64,000 nt of DNA from Desulfobacteraceae bacterium UBA5616 (GTDB taxonomy: Bacteria; Desulfobacterota; Desulfobacteria; Desulfobacterales; UBA5616): assembly GCA_002423615.1 (NCBI GenBank), contig DIKO01000092.1, positions 33,367 through 97,366 of the forward strand, given 5' to 3'. Positions 19,560-29,581 of this stretch are shown in pieces (positions within the stretch are counted from its first letter, which is position 1; each line of letters begins with the position of its first letter). Below the pieces are notes generated by a model. It was not told the origin of the DNA. It made no database searches and saw only the letters and a list, made by a program, of their open reading frames with translations. The position numbers were made by a program, and so were the translations under genes.

Positions 19560-21491
19560 TTATCCGATGATGTTCTCGATGTCCTCTTCTATTCTTTTTT
19601 CCCGGGGATGATCTTTGAAGTCCATGAAAATTTCCAGCTCCGTCCCACTGATGGAGGTGATTTTCAGGAAGGGATATTTTTTCCTGAACACATGCACCAT
19701 GGCCTCATTTTCCTTCAACACGGTTGCTTTAAACCCGATGTAATGGTTTTCCTTGGCGATGTTTTCAAGCTGATCGATCAGGTATGAGGCTATGCCCATA
19801 TTCTGGTACGCTTCGCTCACCACAAAGGCAATTTCCGCCCTGCCCTCATCTGATTCGGCGTATGACCCGATGGCCATGATCTCTTTGTGCCCCCCCTGCA
19901 GGACCAGTCCGATAAGAGACATATTTTTCCGATAGTCCACACTGGCCCAGTGTTTCTGCACCACTTCATGGGAAAAAGTCTTCATCCTGTAAAAGAATCT
20001 GAAATAAATGGTTTTATCCTGAAGTGAGTAAAAGAAATTCCGGTACCCGAATTCATCGGAAGGCAGCAACGGGCGGAACCCGACGGTTTTTCCGTTTTTC
20101 AGCGTATAGCTGGTTTTATAGTTTTCCAGGAATAACAGATCGTCCTGGGAAGGGGGAAGCTGGTCTCCGAAAATATAATGACGCTTTTTGGCAAACTGGA
20201 TCAGTTCATCCCTGAATTTGGGATGGGCGATCTGGGCGAGTTCCATCACCCGCTGATAGATGCTCTTTCCCTGAAGTTCGGCAATGCCGTACTCGGTAAC
20301 GACGAAATTGACATCGCCCCTGGTGGTGGCCACCCCTGCTCCCTCGCTCAAGTGGGAAACGATCCTGGATACCGTTCCGTTCTGGGCCGTTGAAGGAAGG
20401 GCGACAATGGAAAACCCTCCCTTGGACATGGCACTTCCCCGGAGATAATCCACCTGATCGCCGATACCGCTGTAAAACAGATATCCGACGGAGTCCGTGC
20501 AGATCTGTCCTGTCAGGTCGACCTCGAGAGCGGAGCTGATGGAAATAAGATTGTCATTCTGGGCGATAACATTGGGATTGTTCACATATTCCGAAGATCT
20601 GAAATAAAAAATGGGGTTATTATCCACATATCGATAGAGTGCTTCAGATCCCATGCAAAGGGATGCCACCACCCGCCCCGGAATATGATTTTTTTTCTTG
20701 TTGGTGATAACCTTTTTTTCCAGCAGAGGGACCATGGCATCGGTGATCAGCTGGGTATGGATACCTAGATTTTTCTTGTTGTCAAGGTGCTGGAGGATGA
20801 TATTGGGCAGGGTCCCGAAGCCGATCTGCAGGGTGGCGCCGTCGTCCACAAGCTGGGATACATAATGTCCGATTCGTCTGGCGACAACATTGTATTTGGT
20901 CAAGGTGGGCAAAGATTCCACGAGGGGTTCCTCATGGAGAACAAAGTAATCGATGTCATCCACATGCACGAAACTATCCCCCCAGGTTCTCGGAACCCTC
21001 GAGTTCACCTGGGCGATGACCATTTTGGCATTGGACATGCCGGCGCGGGTGATATCGATGGATACCCCCAGGCTGCAGTAACCGAATTTATCCGGAGGGC
21101 TCACCTGAATCAGAGCGACATCAATGCCGATGCGGTGGCTGTAGAATATTCTGGGAATCTGAGACAAATATGCGGGGATATAGTCTATCTTTCCTTCAAA
21201 GGCGGCCTTTCGCATTTCACGGCTGATAAAAAAAAGCTTCAAGGAAAAACGACGCAGAAAGGATGGTTCATCCACATATTTTGCAAGGGTAAACGACAGC
21301 ATCTGATAAACCATGATATCCTGCAGAGCCGGATCATTCACCATCGCATGGATCAATTGCTGGGGTTCACCGCAGCCGGTGCCGATAAAAACACGGCTGC
21401 CCCGGTTTATTTTTGAAACCGCCGCTTCAGGGCTCATGATTTTTTGGGGACAGTATTCATGCAAATTCATCTCGCTCTTCTCCACATCCAT
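19560..21491 (-). CDS. Fusion protein: acetyl-CoA hydrolase/transferase (4-hydroxybutyrate CoA-transferase-like) domain plus C-terminal Pat-type GNAT acetyltransferase domain
   Basis: 643 aa. The N-terminal ~440 aa (SPEAAVSKINRGSRVFIGTGCGEPQQL..., ISSALEVDLTGQ) match the CoA-transferase family I/AcH fold. The C-terminal ~170 aa (FRPLLPSDEFGYRNFFYSL...YFRFF...SH...DYRKNMSLIGL...AEIAFVVSEAYQNMGIASYL...) match the GNAT domain of Pat/Pka-type protein acetyltransferases. Confidence 0.75.
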   Translation of the reverse strand: MDVEKSEMNLHEYCPQKIMSPEAAVSKINRGSRVFIGTGCGEPQQLIHAMVNDPALQDIMVYQMLSFTLAKYVDEPSFLRRFSLKLFFISREMRKAAFEGKIDYIPAYLSQIPRIFYSHRIGIDVALIQVSPPDKFGYCSLGVSIDITRAGMSNAKMVIAQVNSRVPRTWGDSFVHVDDIDYFVLHEEPLVESLPTLTKYNVVARRIGHYVSQLVDDGATLQIGFGTLPNIILQHLDNKKNLGIHTQLITDAMVPLLEKKVITNKKKNHIPGRVVASLCMGSEALYRYVDNNPIFYFRSSEYVNNPNVIAQNDNLISISSALEVDLTGQICTDSVGYLFYSGIGDQVDYLRGSAMSKGGFSIVALPSTAQNGTVSRIVSHLSEGAGVATTRGDVNFVVTEYGIAELQGKSIYQRVMELAQIAHPKFRDELIQFAKKRHYIFGDQLPPSQDDLLFLENYKTSYTLKNGKTVGFRPLLPSDEFGYRNFFYSLQDKTIYFRFFYRMKTFSHEVVQKHWASVDYRKNMSLIGLVLQGGHKEIMAIGSYAESDEGRAEIAFVVSEAYQNMGIASYLIDQLENIAKENHYIGFKATVLKENEAMVHVFRKKYPFLKITSISGTELEIFMDFKDHPREKRIEEDIENIIG

Positions 21492-21665
21492 TTTTGTTCA
21501 CCAATATCACTCAAATACGTTGTTTAGTCAAGTCGACATTCCGGTTTAATAAAGATCAGGCGTGATCCCGGGATGTTAAGGCACTGCAGGCTGCGTTCAT
21601 CATTTTGTCCGGCCGACGCGTTGATTTTATCCCTTTACATTGTTAATATATTAAAAACGATAGAA

Positions 21666-22172
21666 ATGAAATGGATGGGGGAAGGCTGCGGCAGGTGCCC
21701 GCCCCGTGTGAGTGTAAAATATGGATTCGAAATGAACGGCGGTTACCGGAACCCACTGATCACAGTGGACATCATCATCGAAATGAAGGGGGGTATTGTT
21801 CTGATCCAAAGGAAAAATCCTCCCCCGGGCTGGGCTCTTCCCGGCGGCTTTGTGGATTACGGAGAATCTCTGGAAGTAAGCGCCGGAAGGGAAGCCAAAG
21901 AGGAAACCTCCCTGGATGTGGTCCTCTTGGAACAGTTCCATACCTATTCTTCTCCGGACCGGGACCCTCGGCAGCATACCATTTCAACAGTTTATATCGC
22001 CCGCGGGGAAGGGGAACTCAAGGCGTCGGACGACGCTCTGAATGCAGCCGTTTTTACGCCCGAGGTTCTGCCGGACACGATCGCATTCGATCACAGGCAA
22101 ATTCTCATCGATTATTTTCATTATCGACAGGGAAAATCAAAAACTGAAATTTTTTGTGTGCAAAATGAATAA
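21666..22172 (+). CDS. NUDIX hydrolase
   Basis: Nudix box [24 protein letters not shown] (GX5EX7REUXEEXGU). The start is uncertain: the Met at 21666 or the Met at 21732. Confidence 0.75.
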   Translation: MKWMGEGCGRCPPRVSVKYGFEMNGGYRNPLITVDIIIEMKGGIVLIQRKNPPPGWALPGGFVDYGESLEVSAGREAKEETSLDVVLLEQFHTYSSPDRDPRQHTISTVYIARGEGELKASDDALNAAVFTPEVLPDTIAFDHRQILIDYFHYRQGKSKTEIFCVQNE

Positions 22173-22869
22173 TCCTTTTAAAAATCTGAAATCCTTATTG
22201 AGGTATCATGAACTGCCCATTCGAGATGGGGAAAAAGATCATGGTCGACCTGTTCCTCCGGCCTGCGCTCCGCCCTTCACCGGGGAAAAGGACGATAAGG
22301 TCATATTTCAGGAAGCCATGGCAGGGGTTAAACCCATTTCCAGTCGCACCATAATTAAGGTCAATCCCGAAGCCGTTAAAAATGAGTCCGATATCGATGA
22401 AGATAAAGAAGGGCGTAATTGCCTGATGCGCCTTGTCCGCCATGGAGAAGGGTTTGATGTTGCCGGCACCCCCGAATATATGGAAGGGGCCAATTACAAA
22501 GTGCACCCGGAGCTGATAAAACGTTTACATAACGGGGCATTTTCCATTCAGGCCCATATTGATCTCCACGGAATGACCGTCGCCCAGGCCGCCCTGACTT
22601 TCGATGCTTTTTTTAAAAGGGCCACTTCAACCGGATTGCGCGGTCTTTTGATCATCCACGGCCGGGGGCTTTCCTCTCCGGACAAACCGGTATTAAAGCT
22701 TAAGGTGCGCGAATGGCTCACCTACGGTTCATGGCGAAAATGGGTCATCGCCTTTTCCAGCGCAAGGCCGTGTGACGGCGGCGCGGGGGCGACATATGTG
22801 CTTTTGCGAAAAAGTCCGGCCACCAAACGAGATCGAAAAAAATTGCTGAAAAGGTCAAATAACTCTTGA
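22165..22869 (+). CDS. Smr domain protein (MutS2-related endonuclease domain)
   Basis: C-terminal [11 protein letters not shown]...[12 protein letters not shown]...LKLKVREWL is an Smr domain. The start was chosen at MNNPFKNL and overlaps the NUDIX stop by 8 nt. Confidence 0.75.
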   Translation: MNNPFKNLKSLLRYHELPIRDGEKDHGRPVPPACAPPFTGEKDDKVIFQEAMAGVKPISSRTIIKVNPEAVKNESDIDEDKEGRNCLMRLVRHGEGFDVAGTPEYMEGANYKVHPELIKRLHNGAFSIQAHIDLHGMTVAQAALTFDAFFKRATSTGLRGLLIIHGRGLSSPDKPVLKLKVREWLTYGSWRKWVIAFSSARPCDGGAGATYVLLRKSPATKRDRKKLLKRSNNS

Positions 22870-23104
22870 CTTTGGGTTAATTTTAATATTTAAATAAAAG
22901 GCTTTAAAAGCCATATGAGTCGACTCCGCAATGCTTTTCAGGACTTTTCGGTCATATTGCGTTTTCAAGGAAATTCCCCCATCCGGATACGAGCCGATGA
23001 GGGAATTTTATTTTTAGGAAGCCAGACCCGCTGATCCTTGTGCGGTATCCGGGGTATGGTCCGGACCCCATTATTTATTGTTTACGTAGAAGAAAAGAAA
23101 TATC

Positions 23105-25180
23105 ATGGAAACCAAAATAGAAAAAATTCGAAACATCGGCATCAGCGCCCATATTGACGCCGGGAAAACCACGCTTACCGAAAGAATCCTCTTTTACACC
23201 CAGAAAATTCACTCTATTCATGATGTTAAGGGTAAAGACGGTGTCGGCGCGACCATGGATTTCATGGAGCTTGAAAAAGAGCGGGGTATTACCATCACTT
23301 CGGCGGCCACGAATATCAACTGGGACGGGTATGAGATCAACATCATCGATACGCCGGGGCATGTGGATTTCACCATTGAGGTCGAACGTTCCTTGAGGGT
23401 TCTGGACGGAGCAGTGCTGGTGCTGTGCTCCGTGGGCGGGGTTCAGTCCCAATCCATCACCGTGGACCACCAGATGGCCCGTTACGAAGTGCCTTGCCTG
23501 GCCTTTATCAATAAGTGCGACCGAAGCGGCGCCAATCCTTTCCGGGTGATTGATCAACTCAGAGAAAAGCTGGGTCATAATGCCGTCGCCCTGCAGCTGC
23601 CCATCGGACTGGAGGCGGATTTAACCGGTCTGGTGGATCTGGTGTCCATGAAAGCGATTTATTTTGACGGGGATAGCGGCGAAATTCTCCGTTGGGCGGA
23701 AATCCCCGAATCCATGATGCCTGAGGTTCGGGAAAGACGGGAGGCACTGGTTGATGCCGCCTCAATGTTTTCGGATGAGCTCATGGAAGCGGCCCTTGAA
23801 GGCGATATCCCCGAAGACCTGCTGATCGAGGGTATACGCAGGGGTGTTCTGAAGCGGGAACTGACTCCGGTTTTGATGGGTTCCGCCTATAAAAACAAAG
23901 GCGTTCAACCTCTCCTGAACGCCGTGACCAGTTACCTGCCCAATCCGTCCGAAGTAAAAAACCAGGCCCTGGATATGGACAACAACAAAGAAAATGTCAC
24001 ACTTTCCAGCAAGGCTGATGATCCTCTGGTGGCCCTGGCATTCAAACTCGAGGATGGTCAGTATGGACAGCTCACCTATATACGGGTTTATCAGGGGACT
24101 CTATTTCGAGGAGCTGCAGCCAAAAATGTCAGAACCGGCCAGAAATTTAAAATCGGCCGGGTGGTTCGCATGCATGCCGATATCATGGAAGAGATCCAAA
24201 CCATCCCTGCCGGTCAGATCGGGGCGCTTTTCGGAATCGACTGCGCATCCGGCGATACTTTTGCAAGCCCCGAGCTTAATTTGAGCATGATCTCCATGTT
24301 TGTCCCGGATCCCGTCATCTCACTGGCCATTATTCCCAAAGACAACAAGTCACAGATCAATATGTCCAAGGCATTGAACCGCTTCACCAAGGAGGACCCG
24401 ACCTTTAAAAGCTTCACCAACGAAGAGACCGGGGATACCATTATTTCCGGTATGGGTGAACTCCACCTTGAGGTTTATGTCGAACGCATGAGACGGGAAT
24501 ACAATGCTTCCGTTGAAACCGGTGCTCCAAGAGTGGCCTATCGTGAAACCATATCCAAACGCTCCGAATTTGATTACATCCATAAAAAGCAGACCGGCGG
24601 ATCGGGTCAGTACGCCCGTGTGGCCGGGTATATCGAACCCGTCGTGGGTGAAGAGTTCATTTTCGAAAACGAAGTAAAGGGGGGATCCGTTCCCACCCAG
24701 TATATTCCCGCCTGCGAAAAAGGATTCAGAAACTGCATGGTCAAGGGGCCCAAAATGGGGTTCCCTGTTTTCGGCGTCAAAGTTGTTTTAAACGATGGGG
24801 CATCACATGCCGTCGATTCTTCGGATATGGCGTTTCAGACGGCATCCCGCGCCGCATTTGTTGAAGCTTACGGAAAGGCCAAACCCGTCATTCACGAACC
24901 TATCATGAAGGTCGTCATTGAAACCCCGACGGAGTTTCAAGGTGCGGTCATGGGTTCTTTAAACCAGCGGCGGGGACTAATCGTTGGCTCCCAGGATGAA
25001 GGTACGTTCTCAATTATTGAAGCCCAGGTCCCCCTTTCAGAAATGTTCGGCTATTCGACCGTATTAAGATCGTTAACCCAGGGGCAGGCCCAGTTTACAA
25101 TGGAGTTCTTCATTTACAAACAAGCGCCCCAGTCCATCGTGGATGAATTGGCAAAAAACGCGATGAAAGAAAAAAAATAG
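23105..25180 (+). CDS. fusA: Elongation factor G paralog, mitochondrial/spirochaete-delta (spdEFG1/mtEFG1-like) type
   Basis: 691 aa. [97 protein letters not shown]. The [15 protein letters not shown] insert matches what I recall of mtEFG1. The gene is not in an rpsL-rpsG-fusA-tuf context. Confidence 0.85.
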   Translation: METKIEKIRNIGISAHIDAGKTTLTERILFYTQKIHSIHDVKGKDGVGATMDFMELEKERGITITSAATNINWDGYEINIIDTPGHVDFTIEVERSLRVLDGAVLVLCSVGGVQSQSITVDHQMARYEVPCLAFINKCDRSGANPFRVIDQLREKLGHNAVALQLPIGLEADLTGLVDLVSMKAIYFDGDSGEILRWAEIPESMMPEVRERREALVDAASMFSDELMEAALEGDIPEDLLIEGIRRGVLKRELTPVLMGSAYKNKGVQPLLNAVTSYLPNPSEVKNQALDMDNNKENVTLSSKADDPLVALAFKLEDGQYGQLTYIRVYQGTLFRGAAAKNVRTGQKFKIGRVVRMHADIMEEIQTIPAGQIGALFGIDCASGDTFASPELNLSMISMFVPDPVISLAIIPKDNKSQINMSKALNRFTKEDPTFKSFTNEETGDTIISGMGELHLEVYVERMRREYNASVETGAPRVAYRETISKRSEFDYIHKKQTGGSGQYARVAGYIEPVVGEEFIFENEVKGGSVPTQYIPACEKGFRNCMVKGPKMGFPVFGVKVVLNDGASHAVDSSDMAFQTASRAAFVEAYGKAKPVIHEPIMKVVIETPTEFQGAVMGSLNQRRGLIVGSQDEGTFSIIEAQVPLSEMFGYSTVLRSLTQGQAQFTMEFFIYKQAPQSIVDELAKNAMKEKK

Positions 25181-25225
25181 CGCCTCCGGTGCGTAAAGGA
25201 ATCAATCCGACAAAGGAGAATATAA

Positions 25226-25921
25226 ATGTCAAGCCAAACCGTTATCATTGCGAACCCGTTTGCCCGACTTGGAAACAATGTTGAAGACATCATTGAAAAA
25301 GGAGGATTCGGTGCGGTTCTGGCCAGGGCCGGTGTTGGAAAAACAGCCCTTCTGGTCCAGTTGGCGCTGAATCACATGCTTAGAAACCGGAACGTTCTTC
25401 ACATCAGTTTAAAAGATCCCGTTGCCAAGATCAGCCTGTGGTACAAGGAAATATTCAACAACCTGGCCGAGCAGAACAAAGTGGGCAACGCCCAGGAGAT
25501 CTGGGAATCCCTGCTTCCCCATCGGTTTATCATGACCTTCAAGGTCGAAGGGTTCAGCGTGCCGAAACTGGAAGAGCGATTGACCGATCTTACGGAACAA
25601 AATGTCTTTTGTCCCGATCTGGTGATTATTGATGGACTTCCCTTTGATGAGAATGTGTCTGCCGTTTTGAACGATTTAAAGAAACTGCCGTGCCAAAAGA
25701 TGAGTTTCTGGTTCGCCGTCACCACCCATCGTCATGAAGCACCGGAAACATCGGCCATGCCGCCCCAGATGGTGCCCGTCGCGAACCTTTTCGACATCAT
25801 TATCCAGCTCCGTCCCCATGAAAGGATGATCCATGTGATATCGCTGAAAGGAAACACCTCGACGGACGAATCCCCGCTGATATTTGATCCCGCCGCCATG
25901 ATCCTCAAAGAAAAAAGCTGA
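25226..25921 (+). CDS. Small RecA/KaiC-superfamily P-loop ATPase-like protein, function unknown
   Basis: 231 aa. Walker A is LARAGVGKTALLVQLAL and Walker B-like is PDLVIIDGLPFD. It lies 45 nt downstream of the EF-G paralog on the same strand, preceded by AAAGGAG. Confidence 0.5.
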   Translation: MSSQTVIIANPFARLGNNVEDIIEKGGFGAVLARAGVGKTALLVQLALNHMLRNRNVLHISLKDPVAKISLWYKEIFNNLAEQNKVGNAQEIWESLLPHRFIMTFKVEGFSVPKLEERLTDLTEQNVFCPDLVIIDGLPFDENVSAVLNDLKKLPCQKMSFWFAVTTHRHEAPETSAMPPQMVPVANLFDIIIQLRPHERMIHVISLKGNTSTDESPLIFDPAAMILKEKS

Positions 25922-26095
25922 TGAGAATTACCCTGAATAGGGTGAAAGGCTGACGGCGGTTTTTCGGTTCCTGAAACCTTTTTAGCTCTTGAATCTCGGG
26001 TCATTCCATCGTATGTCTTTCTTCGGATATAACCCTGACGATCTGTTTTTTCGGGTTATCAGAACAACCTTAGGCAATTCAACAGGAGAGTTTAA

Positions 26096-27382
26096 ATGAC
26101 CGGACAGGAGTCATTGCTGGGAGATATTCGCATCCTTGATCTCACCGGCGAATCAGGTGTTTACTGTACAAAGCTTCTTGCGGATCTCGGAGCCGATGTA
26201 CTTCGCATCGAACCGCCCGGGGGGCACCCCATGAGAAACAAAGGGCCTTTTGTCCATGACGCGGTCGATCCGGAAAAGAGCCTTTACTGGTTTCACTTCA
26301 ACACCAGCAAGCGAGGCATCACACTGGATCTGGAAAATGCCGACGGTCGTGAAATTTTTAAAAAACTGGTCAAAACCGCGGATGTGCTCGTGGAAACCTT
26401 CCACCCCGGCTATCTGGATAAAATCGGTATCGGCTATTCCGTATTGAAAACAATCAACCCGAATCTGGTCCATACGGCCATCACCCCCTTTGGTCAAACC
26501 GGGCCCTATCGTGATTTTTTGGGACCCGATATTGTGGCCCAGGCCATGGGCGGGTTGATGTTCCTTGCCGGTTTTCCCGAAGACCCGCCTTACAAACTGG
26601 GTTGCTCGCAGGCGTATCACAGCGCTTCGGTTCATGCCGCTGCGGGAACCATGATCGCGCTGTATGCCAGGGATGATATCGGAATGGGCCAGTTTGTGGA
26701 TGTTTCACTTCAGGAATCCGTTCTCATGTCCCTGGAAACCGCCATGCAGCACTATGACATGAGAAAGGAAATCCGCCAGCGAATCGGCCGCGAAGAACCG
26801 GTAGTACCCGGAATCGGGCTTTATCCCTGCAAGGACGGATACGTATTTTCCTATGTCGTTGCCGGATTCGGTGCGGGCTGGGATGAAATCATCCGATGGC
26901 TGGACAATGAAGGGATGGCGGGTGACCTGAAAGATGAAAAATGGAACGAGGTGTGGGAAACCATCACCAATTACAAACAACTGGTCGCATTAGGCAACAA
27001 TCCCGCCAAACTGATGGCCATGCTGGAACAGTTTTACCACATCAGCGGCATTTTGAAAGCGTTTCTGGCCACCAGGACAAAGCAGCAGATATTCGACGAA
27101 GCGGCGGAAAGAAGAATCATGATCAACCCCGTCCAGAATGCAAAGGACCTTGTGGAAAGCCCGCAACTCAATGCCCTGGAATTTTTCAGCACTGTGGAAC
27201 ATCCGGAACTGGGCATGACCCTGAAATATCCCGGAGCGCCCTATTATCACATATCGGACACCCCATGGCGGATATCGCGACGCGCTCCTCTTTCAGGGGA
27301 GCACAATACCGAAATTTATGAAAAAGAACTGGGATTGACCCGGGAAGAGCTGCTGATTCTGAAAAACGAAGGGGCCATTTAG
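26096..27382 (+). CDS. Family III CoA-transferase (CaiB/BaiF/Frc family), 428 aa
   Basis: IRILDLTGESGVYCTKLLADLGADVLRIEPPGG N-terminal Rossmann-like block and GMGQFVDVSLQES central block. Confidence 0.85.
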   Translation: MTGQESLLGDIRILDLTGESGVYCTKLLADLGADVLRIEPPGGHPMRNKGPFVHDAVDPEKSLYWFHFNTSKRGITLDLENADGREIFKKLVKTADVLVETFHPGYLDKIGIGYSVLKTINPNLVHTAITPFGQTGPYRDFLGPDIVAQAMGGLMFLAGFPEDPPYKLGCSQAYHSASVHAAAGTMIALYARDDIGMGQFVDVSLQESVLMSLETAMQHYDMRKEIRQRIGREEPVVPGIGLYPCKDGYVFSYVVAGFGAGWDEIIRWLDNEGMAGDLKDEKWNEVWETITNYKQLVALGNNPAKLMAMLEQFYHISGILKAFLATRTKQQIFDEAAERRIMINPVQNAKDLVESPQLNALEFFSTVEHPELGMTLKYPGAPYYHISDTPWRISRRAPLSGEHNTEIYEKELGLTREELLILKNEGAI

Positions 27383-27393
27383 GAGGGGAAAAA

Positions 27394-28686
27394 ATGACGG
27401 ACAGGAAACTGCCTTTTGCGGGCATCAGGGTATGTGACTTCTCGTGGTTCGCCGCATCTCCGGTGGCGACCAAGCTGCTGGCCGACCATGGCGCCGAGGT
27501 GATCAAAATGGAATCGTCCTCTCATCCCGACGGCATCCGGTTGTCCAATCCCAAAACGCCGGGACTGGAGGACGTCAGTTTTAATGCCAGCGGATGGTTT
27601 AACAACATGAACACATCCAAATTGTGCATGGGGCTGAACCTGGCAAACCCCAGGGCCAGGGAAGTCTACGACCGCCTCATCATGGTGAGCGATATTGTAA
27701 TCGAGAATTTCTCCCCCCGGGTTAAAGACCGGATGGGGCTCAATTATGAGGATTATGCCAAAATCAAACCGGATTTAATATGGATCGATCAGCCCATGCA
27801 GGGGCTGAAAGGCCCGCACCGGAACCGTGCCGGGTTCGGTGCCGTCATAACGCCTCTCGGCGGCTTGAGCCACTTGTCCGGTTATCCCCATCGCCATCCC
27901 ATCGGCACGGGCACCAACTATACCGATTATGTCATAAACCCGGGGCATCTGGCCATAGCCATCATCGGCGCGTTGAGACGCCGACGTAAAACCGGGAAAG
28001 GCCAGCACATCGTCATGGCCCAGGTGGCCTCGGCGGCGGCCATTCTCGAGACTGCCGTTCTGGATTACACGGTCAACGATCGAATTCAGGAAAGAACGGG
28101 CAACCGTACTTCCGATGCCGCGCCCCATGGCTGTTACCCCTGCAAGGGCGAGGACAGGGAATGCACCGTAATGACAAGCCTCGGACCTGCAGCGTCCAAA
28201 AAAAATAACCGCTGGTGTGTCATCGCCGTAACCACCGATGAACAATGGAATTCCTTTTGTCATGTATTGGGAAATCCCCCTTGGACAAAAGAGGATAAAT
28301 TTTCAACGCTTTTAGCCAGAAAACAAAATGAAGACGAACTGGACGCAATGGTGGGGGATTGGACAAAATCCAGAACGCCGGAAGATATCATGATGACCCT
28401 CCAGCACGCAGGAGTCCCGGCAGGGGTGGTACAGGACGCTGAAGACATTCTGGTCCATGACCCCCAGCTAAGATCCAGGGGTTACTATGTTTATCTGGAT
28501 CACTGCGAAACCGGGAACAGCGCTTACGACGGCTTTGCTTTTAAATTGTCCGAGACCCCGGGTGTACTTTCCCGTCCCGCGCCCAGGATCGGTGAGCACA
28601 CGGAGCACGTGTGCAAAAACATTCTCGGAATGACGGAGGATGAAATCGACATGCTGGTGGTCGAGGAAGTGCTGGAAATCGGCTGA
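27394..28686 (+). CDS. Family III CoA-transferase, 430 aa (second of an adjacent pair)
   Basis: GIRVCDFSWFAASPVATKLLADHGAEVIKMES, TDYVINPGHLAIAIIGAL..KTGKGQHIVMAQ. It starts 11 nt after the stop of the previous CoA-transferase, preceded by GGAGG. Confidence 0.85.
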   Translation: MTDRKLPFAGIRVCDFSWFAASPVATKLLADHGAEVIKMESSSHPDGIRLSNPKTPGLEDVSFNASGWFNNMNTSKLCMGLNLANPRAREVYDRLIMVSDIVIENFSPRVKDRMGLNYEDYAKIKPDLIWIDQPMQGLKGPHRNRAGFGAVITPLGGLSHLSGYPHRHPIGTGTNYTDYVINPGHLAIAIIGALRRRRKTGKGQHIVMAQVASAAAILETAVLDYTVNDRIQERTGNRTSDAAPHGCYPCKGEDRECTVMTSLGPAASKKNNRWCVIAVTTDEQWNSFCHVLGNPPWTKEDKFSTLLARKQNEDELDAMVGDWTKSRTPEDIMMTLQHAGVPAGVVQDAEDILVHDPQLRSRGYYVYLDHCETGNSAYDGFAFKLSETPGVLSRPAPRIGEHTEHVCKNILGMTEDEIDMLVVEEVLEIG

Positions 28687-28690
28687 GCCG

Positions 28691-28726
28691 AAAACCGGGA
28701 ATCGGCAACGGCTTTTTCCCGGTTTT
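28691..28726. terminator. Bidirectional intrinsic terminator between convergent CoA-transferase and xth genes
   Basis: Perfect 11-bp stem AAAACCGGGAA / TTCCCGGTTTT (28691-28701 and 28716-28726). It is A-rich on the 5' side and T-rich on the 3' side, so it can act on both strands. Confidence 0.7.
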
Positions 28727-28747
28727 GTTAAAAATGCTTGAACCGAC

Positions 28748-29542
28748 CTAATTTTCAGGCGCCAGAACCACTTCTATGGGGCAATGGTCGGAACCCGTCA
28801 CGGAATCGTGAATCCGTGAATCCCGTATCCGTTCCCGCTGAATCAAATCCCTGGTAACGAAGAAGTAGTCGATGCGCCACCCGACATTTTTCGCCCTTGC
28901 ATTGAACCGGTATGTCCACCATGAATATTTGACCGTATCCGGGTAAAGATGCCTGAAAACGTCGACATATCCCTCCGATACAATCCTGTCGAGCCAATCC
29001 CGCTCGACCCTCAAAAACCCCGAATACTTTTCATTGGCCTTGGGATTTTTAAGATCGATCTCATTGTGCGCCGTATTGTAATCACCGCAAATGATCAGGC
29101 TTTTTCCGTTGTTTTTGTATTGTTCGACGTATGAGAAAAAGTCCCTGTAAAAATCGAGTTTATACTGGAGCCGTTCATCACTCATCTGGCCATTCGGGAA
29201 ATACACATTAAAAAAGATGAAATCCTCAAATTCCAGCTCGAGTATTCGTCCTTCATCATCGTATTTCGGAACGCCGATCCCGTACCGGATGCGATTAGGT
29301 CTGATTTTTGTGTAAACGCCGACGCCGCTGTATCCTTTTTTAAGTATGGAATGTGACCAGAAGGATTCATACCCCTCAATGGTATTCATTTCCGGAGTGA
29401 GTTTGGAAGACTGAAGCTTGGTTTCCTGAACAGCGAAAATATCGGCGTTCAGTTTTTTAAAAGCATCCAGAAATCCTTTCTTCATGACCCCGGTCATTCC
29501 ATTGACGTTCCAGGAAACCAGTTTTATATCGTCATTTTTCAT
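28748..29542 (-). CDS. xth: Exodeoxyribonuclease III
   Basis: 264 aa. LVSWNVNG, IFAVQETK, ICGDYNTAH and GSDHCPI are the ExoIII/AP endonuclease catalytic blocks. Confidence 0.9.
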   Translation of the reverse strand: MKNDDIKLVSWNVNGMTGVMKKGFLDAFKKLNADIFAVQETKLQSSKLTPEMNTIEGYESFWSHSILKKGYSGVGVYTKIRPNRIRYGIGVPKYDDEGRILELEFEDFIFFNVYFPNGQMSDERLQYKLDFYRDFFSYVEQYKNNGKSLIICGDYNTAHNEIDLKNPKANEKYSGFLRVERDWLDRIVSEGYVDVFRHLYPDTVKYSWWTYRFNARAKNVGWRIDYFFVTRDLIQRERIRDSRIHDSVTGSDHCPIEVVLAPEN

Positions 29543-29581
29543 CTTTCCTCAATTTCTCGATGCCGGTCATCCGGTTTATGG

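Noticed and set aside
22971-23015. Extended hairpin AAATTCCC...GGGAATTT followed by TATTTTT upstream of the EF-G paralog, considered as a riboswitch or leader
   Set aside because: It fits a simple intrinsic terminator for the upstream Smr gene. No alternative anti-terminator pairing or conserved riboswitch core was recognisable.
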